A DNA stretch of 64,000 bases from Spirochaetota bacterium (GTDB lineage Bacteria; Spirochaetota; UBA4802; UBA5550). Both the position numbers and the translations under genes were made by a program. The DNA lies in the NCBI GenBank assembly GCA_963663865.1, contig OY760686.1:704001-768000 (forward strand), written 5' to 3'. The notes under the pieces were generated by a model. The model ran no database searches and was not told the DNA's origin. It saw nothing but the letters and a program-made list of their open reading frames with translations. This document shows, piece after piece, positions 50,044 through 58,329 of the stretch (within the stretch, counting starts at the first letter, position 1; the number at the start of each line of letters is the position of its first letter).

Positions 50044-50415
50044 ATGAACCTCAGTTATCCAGTAATGCTGAAGCTTGAAGGTAAAATCGCAGTGGTTATT
50101 GGCGGGGGCCGGGCCGGCTGCAGAAAAGCGGCGGAGTTACTTGAGTCCGGCGCCGCGGTAAGGGCCATATCCTCAGAATTTATCCATTCATTCGAAGACC
50201 TGGCCGGGCGTCATGGCAAGAGCCTTGTAATGGTAAGGCGCCCTTATAAGGATGGTGACCTCAAGGGTGCCTGCATCGTTTATGCGGCAACTTCAGACAG
50301 CGGTGTTAACAGAGCTGTATATGACGAGGGAGAAAGGGAGGGAATACTTGTAAATTCGGTTGACGATCCGGAGAACAGTAATTTCTACCCGATGAAAACA
50401 CAGCGAAAGAAGTAG
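50044..50415 (+). CDS. Precorrin-2 dehydrogenase (SirC/CysG N-terminal) NAD-binding domain only, C-terminally truncated
   Basis: YPVMLKL, VVIGGG.AG.RK, AATSD..VN, LVNSVDDP..SNF, then stop; lacks the expected downstream IAISTxGxSP region. Confidence 0.75.
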   Translation: MNLSYPVMLKLEGKIAVVIGGGRAGCRKAAELLESGAAVRAISSEFIHSFEDLAGRHGKSLVMVRRPYKDGDLKGACIVYAATSDSGVNRAVYDEGEREGILVNSVDDPENSNFYPMKTQRKK

Positions 50416-50418
50416 GTT

Positions 50419-51534
50419 CTACGCTCTGAAAGAGGCGGGTGTTTTCTTGTAAATCGCCTTGAAAACCCGGTTGAAGGTCCCCGGGCTGTTGAAGCCGCAC
50501 CTCAAGGCAATTTCAAGAATGTTCAGGTCGCTGGTTTTTATCATTTCAAGAGCTTTTGCTGCCCTGAGGCGATTAATATAATTGGTCAGCTTGACTCCCG
50601 TGTACAGATGAAAGTAACGTCCTATCGCGTCCCTGTTTAACCCTGCTATCCCCGTCAGCCTGTCTGCAGGCATCTCTTCCGTAAAATTGGAGTTGATATA
50701 TTCCTCAACAAGCCTGATTTTTTCGAGAATGTTGTCCGGGATATGCTGTGATGATGCTTTTGCTGGTATTAATCTTTTTAATACAAGGTATAAAAGCAGA
50801 TTAAGCAAAACAAGAGCTGTAGTGGAAGCTGAAACTATAAAAGGGACGAAGAACGAATTTTCTTCCAAAGCTCCGGCTTCCCTGAGCGCCAGATGAATGG
50901 AAGCTATCTTTTGGCCGTCCTTTGCTATATCGTGCCGGGCTTGAGCTGAAGAAGCCGCAGGATGCTGTCCTTTTACGAAGAGTGTTTTTCCGCGCGAGTC
51001 AGATAATACAAGATAGGAGAGCTGGTAGTATTCAAAAAATGCATCAAGTAGAGAGGACATCGCAGAAGTGTTGTAGTTCCAGACATGAGGGGAAACAACA
51101 GCTGCAATTATATCCGCAGAAACCTCCGCCTGCTGCAGTTCAGGATAATTCCCTGCTTTGACAATAACTGAGCCTTCTATGAATCCGGATGCGAAGGAGC
51201 TCTTGACTTTTGCTGATTTGTTTCCAGCGTAACGTGACTTGTGATTAAAGTTAATCAGACCTGAAGTGTCTTCAATGCTTACTTCTTCAATGTGCGAGTG
51301 GGCGTCAATAATTCCCTTGAGGCTCAAGGATTCACCTGCTGACGGCCCTGCGGCAATAGCTGCCTTTATGATGCCCGAAAATCTTTCTGCCCGGGCTGCC
51401 AGGCTGTCTTGAAGTATGAAGCTGCTGTTCTTAAGCAGTAATACGGTCGTGAGTATAATCAACACACTAATGGAAGTGTGAAACAGAATAATCCTGTGAT
51501 TATTCCTGAAATGACATATTGTCCGAAATCTCAT
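50419..51534 (-). CDS. Two-TM periplasmic-sensor AraC regulator (module 2)
   Basis: N-terminal TM, extracytoplasmic region with HVWNYN, second TM, AraC HTH (IGRYF, INRLR, IALRCGFNSPGTFNRVF). Confidence 0.88.
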   Translation of the reverse strand: MRFRTICHFRNNHRIILFHTSISVLIILTTVLLLKNSSFILQDSLAARAERFSGIIKAAIAAGPSAGESLSLKGIIDAHSHIEEVSIEDTSGLINFNHKSRYAGNKSAKVKSSFASGFIEGSVIVKAGNYPELQQAEVSADIIAAVVSPHVWNYNTSAMSSLLDAFFEYYQLSYLVLSDSRGKTLFVKGQHPAASSAQARHDIAKDGQKIASIHLALREAGALEENSFFVPFIVSASTTALVLLNLLLYLVLKRLIPAKASSQHIPDNILEKIRLVEEYINSNFTEEMPADRLTGIAGLNRDAIGRYFHLYTGVKLTNYINRLRAAKALEMIKTSDLNILEIALRCGFNSPGTFNRVFKAIYKKTPASFRA

Positions 51535-51551
51535 AGAGCCTTATCCCTGGA

Positions 51552-52676
51552 CTATTTTATCAGCTCAGAGGCGGTGAAGTTGTAGACTGATAAACCTTTA
51601 TTGTAGTGCTTTGAAAAAGACCTGAACTTCTCGGACGATGTGCTGCCGGCTTTAGCCTGCTCAAGAAGGCGAAGCGCTTTGCTTTTGTCCAGCACTGACA
51701 TCTCGGTGATGTAGGTCGGCCTGTCAGGCTTTATGCCGTTGAGATAATCAACGATAAGAACAGCGGCCCAGGCTCCGTTGGCAAGCTGTCCGCCGGCGCT
51801 CGCGGTCATTTGGCCCATGCTTATAGACTGAACAGCATCTTCAATCCAGTCGAAACCTCCGGTTATAATGCTGGAATGGCCCATTTTTTGAGCGGCATCA
51901 AGTACACCAAGCGCGGCCGTATCGCTGTCGCACCATACTATTGAGGCTTCCGGAAATCTCGCCTTTTTCAGGTACCTGAACTTTGCCGCGGAGTTCTCAA
52001 AAGTATAGTCTGATGTCACAACCTGGTCAAGTTTTATGTTCGGATAGAGGTTCAGTGCCTGTCTGAGTCCTTTCAGCCGCTTTGACGCGAATTCGAAGTC
52101 CTCCGGGCCTGAAAAAGCGAGGATGTGCAGCTCGCCGCGATTGCCTGGTTCGAGGGCCTTTTCGATAAGGGCTTTCGCGAGGCTGAATCCTCCCTTTTGT
52201 TCGTCTGAGTAGACTTCAGCTATCCATAGGCGGTGTTTTTCAAGAGGGGTCCCGCAGTTTTCCGGAGCACGTCCATTAATAGTGACGCAGGGAATATTGC
52301 GGCTGCCGCTGATGCTCAGAAGTTCAGAGGTGAAAGGCATAAACGGAATCATCAGAATCCCATCCGGTTTGGACTGTTCCAGAAAATCCCTGAAAATTTT
52401 TATCGCTTCAGATTTTCCGAAAGGCAGTGAACAGACCAGCATTTCTGATTCAAGCCCTCTGACAGCTTTTGCTGTTATGTCGAGAAAACGCTTAAAATAA
52501 ACAGACTGGTCTCTCCGGTCTGTGACAAGGCCCCTAATGTCCACATAGGCAATTTTTAATTTTGTGGGAGTTGATATCAGCTTCTGCTCAGTCAGGTATA
52601 TTTTAACCCTGAAAGATATGAGCAGAGTCAGAAGCAGTACTACCAGAGCTGCTCCGGCAGCGTATATTTTTCTCAT
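51552..52676 (-). CDS. Periplasmic sugar-binding-like protein (type I PBP), module 2
   Basis: N-terminal anchor; WIAEVYSDE..G..LA..LI, R..GL, IVWCDSD, TGGFDW, SAGGQ. Confidence 0.82.
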   Translation of the reverse strand: MRKIYAAGAALVVLLLTLLISFRVKIYLTEQKLISTPTKLKIAYVDIRGLVTDRRDQSVYFKRFLDITAKAVRGLESEMLVCSLPFGKSEAIKIFRDFLEQSKPDGILMIPFMPFTSELLSISGSRNIPCVTINGRAPENCGTPLEKHRLWIAEVYSDEQKGGFSLAKALIEKALEPGNRGELHILAFSGPEDFEFASKRLKGLRQALNLYPNIKLDQVVTSDYTFENSAAKFRYLKKARFPEASIVWCDSDTAALGVLDAAQKMGHSSIITGGFDWIEDAVQSISMGQMTASAGGQLANGAWAAVLIVDYLNGIKPDRPTYITEMSVLDKSKALRLLEQAKAGSTSSEKFRSFSKHYNKGLSVYNFTASELIK

Positions 52677-53087
52677 TGCTTGTCTCCTCAGATTATAAGA
52701 ACCAAATGCTTATCGGCGGATTCTTCATGAAGGTTCATTAATGCACTTCCCGAAATATATATCAATAAAAATTCGTTAATGTGCTATCCGCTGAGGCTTC
52801 TCAATTAATAGCCCGTGAATGAAGCTCTTTCGGTTTGGGAAATGGACTATTTGCTATATCTGATATCACAAATAAAGAAAGAGGCGATAGATTTGAAAAG
52901 GAAAACGGGGAGACTCTGTCTGCTGATAAAGCTATATAAATAATATTAAGCAACAACTTCTCTGTTCTGGTATAAACCTGCGTATTCTGGCAAAGGATTA
53001 ACATGTCCGGAATCTGCTCTATAAATTGCCGGCAGGACCATCAGCCAGGAAGGTGTTGCATGAAAACTGGATTATTTGGAGGATCGT

Positions 53088-54740
53088 ATGTTTTATCAGA
53101 AAAGCCGATGGCTTGTTGTACCACTGTCAGCCGCAATGCTTTTTTTCGCTGCCTGTTCTGACGATGACAGCTCGGACAAAGAGGTTGATCCTGGGCAGAA
53201 CCAGGAAGAAGACTTCAAGCTTGCATCTCAGATAGAGGTTGATGGAGGACTTGTCTCGGGCATGGCCCAGGGCACAGTTACTTCTTTCAAAGGAATTCCA
53301 TATGCTGCCCCTCCGGCAGGGGACCTGCGTTGGAAGGCCCCTCAGTCGGTTGTAGCATGGGACGGAGTGAAGGAGTGTGATGAGTTTGGTCCAAGCGCGA
53401 TTCAGACGGATCAGTCATCGGATGATACATGGACAACAGAGTTTATCATCGATACAAGTCTTGGATATTCTGAAGGGGAATGTCTGACTTTAAATGTCTG
53501 GACCGACAATGTCAGCTCTGACGGAGAAAGGCCGGTAATATTTTATATTCACGGGGGCGGATACACAGCCGGCGGTTCATCCTGTGAGGTTTACAGCGGT
53601 CAGGAAATAGCAAAAAAAGGGGCCGTGTATGTAAGCATTAACTATCGAGTCGCTGCTAATGGATTCCTTGCCCATCCGCTTCTGTCAGCTGAATCAGAAG
53701 AAAACGTGTCAGGTAACTACGGAATCCTTGATATGGTCGCGGCCCTGAAATGGGTAAAGAATAACATATCCAGGTTCGGCGGAGATCCGGAGAATGTGAC
53801 AATTGTAGGACAGTCTGCCGGAGCAGGTTCGGTGAGCTGTCTTATTATTTCTCCGAAGGCTGCCGGGCTGTTCCACCGGGCGGTGGTACTTAGCTACAAT
53901 TACATTAACTCGGCTATGCCGACGCTGGAAAGCCTTGAGACTCAGTCTGAAGCGGCTGCCGACCTTGCCGGTAAAACGCTTGAAGAGATGAGAGCGATGA
54001 CAACGGATGAACTGAAAGCGCTTCTATCCAACCCATTTATGTCGCAGGTGTCCTGTCAGCCATGTGTTGACGGTGTTGTGATTCCTAAAAACACCCTTGA
54101 AACATATAAGGAAGGGACCCAGAATGATGTTCCAATTATGACGGGGATGGCCGCTGAAGATATTATATTTTTTGGAGCATTCCCATCATGGTTTCAGCCC
54201 GATCCGACGGCAATGACGATTGCGGAATACACCGAGAAGATAACTAATGTTTATGGGGATCTGGCTGATGAGTGTCTTTCCGCCTACCCGGCTTCAGATG
54301 ACGATGAGGCGCTTGCGTCATACGTAGCTCTTTCAAGGGAAAACTTCCTTGCGGATCAGTACTTTTTGGCAAAGGCAAGAGCATTGAAAGGAAACAGCTC
54401 AACATATCTGTATTACTACACACATGTAATGCCGGGTGAAAACTCTGATACTATCGGAGCCTTCCATACATCGGATGTTCCATACTTTCTGAACTATTTC
54501 TCCGGTGAGAGGTCTGATTATTGGACACAGGCGGATTATGATATGGGAGAGGCTATGTCCTCTTATCTTGTAAATTTCGCTAAAAACGGCGATCCGAACG
54601 GGAGTGGTCTTACCGAATGGGGCGCATTTGACGGCGGTATGGATTTCTTTGAGTTAGGTGATACCATTTCACCGTTATCGTTCAGTGAAGCAAAGGCGGC
54701 GTTCTGGAATACCTACGGTAGTGAAAAACTGGGGCTTTAA
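53088..54740 (+). CDS. Type-B carboxylesterase lipoprotein
   Basis: RBS GGAGG, lipobox FAAC, FKGIPYAAPP.G.LRW, CLTLNVW, HGGG, GNYGILD, GQSAG nucleophile, GAFH. Confidence 0.93.
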   Translation: MFYQKSRWLVVPLSAAMLFFAACSDDDSSDKEVDPGQNQEEDFKLASQIEVDGGLVSGMAQGTVTSFKGIPYAAPPAGDLRWKAPQSVVAWDGVKECDEFGPSAIQTDQSSDDTWTTEFIIDTSLGYSEGECLTLNVWTDNVSSDGERPVIFYIHGGGYTAGGSSCEVYSGQEIAKKGAVYVSINYRVAANGFLAHPLLSAESEENVSGNYGILDMVAALKWVKNNISRFGGDPENVTIVGQSAGAGSVSCLIISPKAAGLFHRAVVLSYNYINSAMPTLESLETQSEAAADLAGKTLEEMRAMTTDELKALLSNPFMSQVSCQPCVDGVVIPKNTLETYKEGTQNDVPIMTGMAAEDIIFFGAFPSWFQPDPTAMTIAEYTEKITNVYGDLADECLSAYPASDDDEALASYVALSRENFLADQYFLAKARALKGNSSTYLYYYTHVMPGENSDTIGAFHTSDVPYFLNYFSGERSDYWTQADYDMGEAMSSYLVNFAKNGDPNGSGLTEWGAFDGGMDFFELGDTISPLSFSEAKAAFWNTYGSEKLGL

Positions 54741-54911
54741 GGCGGGTTTTCGTTTTTTTCAGTGAATGTACGGGGCAAGCTTCTATTTGGCTGCACAGCG
54801 CAAGACGCTTTTCTCATGCCAGGGAGCCTGCCGTTCTTTTAATTCTGCCATTGTGTTCCAGTGAGCCGATGGTACATCCACGTCCTGAGAATTAGTCACT
54901 GTGAAATAATC

Positions 54912-54960
54912 CGGATAGCGGGTAGAGCCGCCCAATTTGGGCGGCTCTACCCGCTATCCG
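54912..54960. repeat. 49-bp perfect palindrome (24-bp arms, 1-nt centre)
   Basis: CGGATAGCGGGTAGAGCCGCCCAA-T-TTGGGCGGCTCTACCCGCTATCCG. Confidence 0.9.
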
Positions 54961-55301
54961 ATAAGCCTGCTAAGGGTACCGTGCTCCCTTGATTTCATGT
55001 TAAGATATCTTTTGCACTGTTCAAGGCGACTGTAGCCCAGCATCGTTCCAAGAATGAAATCCTCTTCAGGAGTAAACTCGGAGAGTTTCTTGTCCCCGAA
55101 GTTCTTGATTACCTCTACACATTCTCTGGCGCCGAAAAAGATATTAATGCCGGGTCCGTCAAGAAACCTCACTATAAAATCTATGTTGTTTTTATCCAGC
55201 TTTCTGACTGCTTCGTCATGAAAGCTCTTGTCGAGTGTGTGCAGGACAAGGTTTCGAAGCCCTTTCTTGTATTCATATATGTGATGTACCAGAACTTTCA
55301 T
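54954..55301 (-). CDS. DUF2023 family protein
   Basis: HHIYEYKKGLR.L.L.T, NIFFG..CV, TPEEDFILG.MLGY...QC.RY. Confidence 0.85.
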   Translation of the reverse strand: MKVLVHHIYEYKKGLRNLVLHTLDKSFHDEAVRKLDKNNIDFIVRFLDGPGINIFFGARECVEVIKNFGDKKLSEFTPEEDFILGTMLGYSRLEQCKRYLNMKSREHGTLSRLIG

Positions 55302-55312
55302 AGTGTTAATCC

Positions 55313-55813
55313 TTAAAGGTCTTCTCTGATTGACTCAAGCCAGGCCCTGATTCTGTCGGCAGTCCTGTCGCTTTCATTATCCTCGTCAAGGGCAAGGCCG
55401 ACAAATTTACCGTCTTTGACGGCTTTGGAGTCGCTGTAGGAGTAGCCCTCATCGGACCAGCTGCCTATAACATTCGCTGATGTCCCGCTCAGCGTTTCAT
55501 AAATAGTCCCCATCGCGTCAACAAAAGTCTCCGGATAAGATGATGCGTCCCCAAGGCCGAATAAGGCGACAGTTTTATTCTTCAGGTTGAGCTTTGAAAG
55601 CTCAGGAAGGAAAGAGTCCCAGTCATCCTGAATGTCTCCGTATCCCCAGGTAGATGTACCGAGAATGAAGTTGTCATATTCACCCCATATTCCGGGATCA
55701 GCCTTGCTTATGTCGAAGAGAGAAGCGTCAGGTCCCAGAGTATTAGCGATTTCTCTGGCGGCATTTTCTGTATTTCCAGTAGTTGAACCGTAAACTACAG
55801 CTGTTCTTTTCAT
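55313..55813 (-). CDS. fldA: Long-chain flavodoxin
   Basis: YGSTTGNTE, GTSTWG.G..QDDW, VALFGLGD..Y...FVDAMG, FVGLALDEDN. Confidence 0.93.
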   Translation of the reverse strand: MKRTAVVYGSTTGNTENAAREIANTLGPDASLFDISKADPGIWGEYDNFILGTSTWGYGDIQDDWDSFLPELSKLNLKNKTVALFGLGDASSYPETFVDAMGTIYETLSGTSANVIGSWSDEGYSYSDSKAVKDGKFVGLALDEDNESDRTADRIRAWLESIREDL

Positions 55814-55923
55814 AGTGTAACACCTCGAAATTATATATTGACTGAAAGTTCCTGTTGAAAATATGCTCCGCCGCACATGGCGGCAGAGTAAATAATCAGG
55901 AGAAGCAACAGTCGACAAGAACA

Positions 55924-55951
55924 AAGTTAGCTAAGTCTAAATAATAGTCAA
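55924..55951 (-). promoter_or_regulatory. Putative fldA promoter overlapped by a DtxR-family-like box (TTAG-N6-CTAA)
   Basis: TTGACT-16 nt-TAACTT on minus strand; dyad TTAGCTAAGTCTAA at 55927-55940 covers the spacer and -10. Confidence 0.5.
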
Positions 55952-56012
55952 GGATATTCTCCTCTTTTTCAGGATAAAATAAAAAATATGACAGAAAGTG
56001 TTGTGACAGACT

Positions 56013-57146
56013 TCACAAAAGGCTGTCGGCAAGCTTTTCAATGGAAAAGTTATAGGACTTTTGGTCCTTATTGGCATGCACGGAAAGGGTTTTGAAGTCT
56101 ATTCTCGGCCAGTTTTTGCGGTCGAGGATCCTCCTGTACTTGTTCAGGTTTTCCCTGTCAATTACAGCCATTCTTGTCTTGAACTCGGTGCTGTGCGGGA
56201 GAAAGTCTTTCCCGTGCAGAAAGTCATATAACAGGACAGCGGCCGCGGCCCCGTCGGTGAAATGCCCACCCGCTGTCGCGGTCATTGAGCCCTCGCTGAC
56301 TGCCGAAACAGCCTCTGAAATCGCGTCAACCCCGCCTGTTATAATGTTTTCACCGGGGACAAGCCCCATTTGTCTGGCTGCTGACACAACACCGAGAGCG
56401 GCCATGTCGCTGTCGCACCATACGACTGATATCTGTCCGGGAGACGGCTTAAACTCATCACTGAAAATACTCCGTGACCTGTCAAAGCGTGAGAAATTAT
56501 AGCTGAGGCTTATATGTTTCAAGTCGGGATACTTCTTTAGGGCCCTGTTGAACCCCGAGGTTCTGGAAGTTGAGTAGATTCTGAGACTCGTGCCCGGGAA
56601 AGAATAGATTACCGGGAGGCTGCTTTTCGTTAATGCCTCCTGTATTAATCGATCGGCGAGGCGACGGCCGGCATCAGCTTCATCGGGAATTACCTGCCCA
56701 ATCCAGTATCGGTACTTGAGGCGTGGCTTCCCGGCGAATTGCGAGAGCGGCCCGTTGATGTTTATTGCCGGTATGCGAAGAGCTTCAACGGCGTCGAGAA
56801 GCATAGTGGTACCCGGATATGAGGGAACAAAGATTACAGCGTCAGGCCTGTTTTCAATCAGGAATTCGACAAGTGATTCGTTTATCGCGGCCGTGTCAGG
56901 CACTATAGAATGGCTGATGAAGTTCATTCCGAGGGACTGAACAGCTACCCTGGTGAAATCCCTCAGGTCTTTGAAGAAAACCGACGGATCGCGGGCGATT
57001 TCATAGAAACCGCTGAACTCAATATAGGCAACTGTCGGTTTTTTTTTGTCACCCGGGCGGCTGAAGAACGGAGATAAAAAATAGAGTAAAGACAGAACGA
57101 GCAGAAGAGACAGAAGGATAGCGTATAACAGGCTCTTTTTCTTCAT
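56013..57146 (-). CDS. Periplasmic sugar-binding-like protein (type I PBP), third paralog
   Basis: N-terminal anchor; WIGQVIPDE..G..LA..LI, VVWCDSD, TGGVD, TAGGHF.DGA. Confidence 0.82.
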   Translation of the reverse strand: MKKKSLLYAILLSLLLVLSLLYFLSPFFSRPGDKKKPTVAYIEFSGFYEIARDPSVFFKDLRDFTRVAVQSLGMNFISHSIVPDTAAINESLVEFLIENRPDAVIFVPSYPGTTMLLDAVEALRIPAININGPLSQFAGKPRLKYRYWIGQVIPDEADAGRRLADRLIQEALTKSSLPVIYSFPGTSLRIYSTSRTSGFNRALKKYPDLKHISLSYNFSRFDRSRSIFSDEFKPSPGQISVVWCDSDMAALGVVSAARQMGLVPGENIITGGVDAISEAVSAVSEGSMTATAGGHFTDGAAAAVLLYDFLHGKDFLPHSTEFKTRMAVIDRENLNKYRRILDRKNWPRIDFKTLSVHANKDQKSYNFSIEKLADSLL

Positions 57147-57272
57147 AGCTCTTATTGTATATCAGAGAGATAAGAAAGATTCAAGAAAAAAACTGCGGCC
57201 TGGATCTGTACCTGCGGGATAACCCGATGCAGCCCGGCTGCAGTCAATTAGACGTCGGGCCGCGGGGCTGTC

Positions 57273-57965
57273 TTACAGGGCCAGGAGATAGCCTGCACCG
57301 ACACCGACGAAAATGTTTCCCTTAAGTCCTTCCGAATCATATTCGTCTTGCAAAGCACTTGGAGGGTTGTTAGCCACTCTGGGGAAGAAAGTATATTCTG
57401 CAGAAGCAGAAATAAACAGATTGTCATACATTCTAATATTTCCTCTTATCCCTGCCACCAGGAGACAGGTAAAATTATGCTCTGAAGATGTTTCATGCTG
57501 ATAGTATTCCATTTCTAGAGAGGAATAATTGTCAAATATCCCGGCAGAGATAAATGTTGTCATAACAATTCTATCTGTGAACACAATATTTGTTCCAACG
57601 TTTGCCCGGCAGTATAATGCCTGTGAATCATATTTCGTGTATGCGGAGGAAGGAGGATCATACTCATAAGAATAATCATATTCAATCTTGTTATGCTCAA
57701 AAAATCCGATTGTAAAGCTGTAATGCAGAAAATCGAAATATGAATTGCTTACAGTGAGATTGCATCCTGTCGAATTGTCCTTTGCCAGATCCAGGAACTG
57801 GTATGTGAAGTTAAATGCGATTCCTTTTGAGGGCTTAACATAATCTGCCGATGATTGCCGTGTTGAGTCTTCTGAAGCATCCTGGCTCCCCTGCGCGGCA
57901 AGCTGAAGCGACAATGAAGCGAACAATACGAGGACCGAAAACGTGAACAATGCTGTTTTTTTCAT
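57273..57965 (-). CDS. Putative small outer-membrane beta-barrel protein
   Basis: Signal peptide, aromatic amphipathic strands, C-terminal IFVGVGAGYLLAL. Confidence 0.55.
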   Translation of the reverse strand: MKKTALFTFSVLVLFASLSLQLAAQGSQDASEDSTRQSSADYVKPSKGIAFNFTYQFLDLAKDNSTGCNLTVSNSYFDFLHYSFTIGFFEHNKIEYDYSYEYDPPSSAYTKYDSQALYCRANVGTNIVFTDRIVMTTFISAGIFDNYSSLEMEYYQHETSSEHNFTCLLVAGIRGNIRMYDNLFISASAEYTFFPRVANNPPSALQDEYDSEGLKGNIFVGVGAGYLLAL

Positions 57966-58329
57966 AAATAAAATCCCTTGCCTTTAAATAAGTTCTGATC
58001 TGTGTCGTTTGATAATCAGTGTGGCTGAACTCTGCTCAGGCCTAACGGAGAGAATCAACACTTATTATCGATTCAGTAAAAAATAAAGTCAAACAAAAAA
58101 ATGCTCTGTAATGGCGGGACGAGTGTCGAAAGCGGTATGATGCGGGGCGAATCTCACTGAAGGATTTTCAGTTTACGCGGATTAACCGTTAATGGACAAG
58201 ATATTTGATTAAGGCTGGCCCAACCTGTTTCCGCTGTTTCTTGACTCACGCGGAAGAAACGCATGTTATCTTAGAAAAAATTTGTTAAAAAAAATGTTAA
58301 TCATACACTTAACAATTATGGAGGTCACA

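Noticed and set aside
35470-57146. Calling the three binding proteins parts of ABC transporter operons
   Set aside because: No permease or Walker A ATPase gene is adjacent or present in the window.
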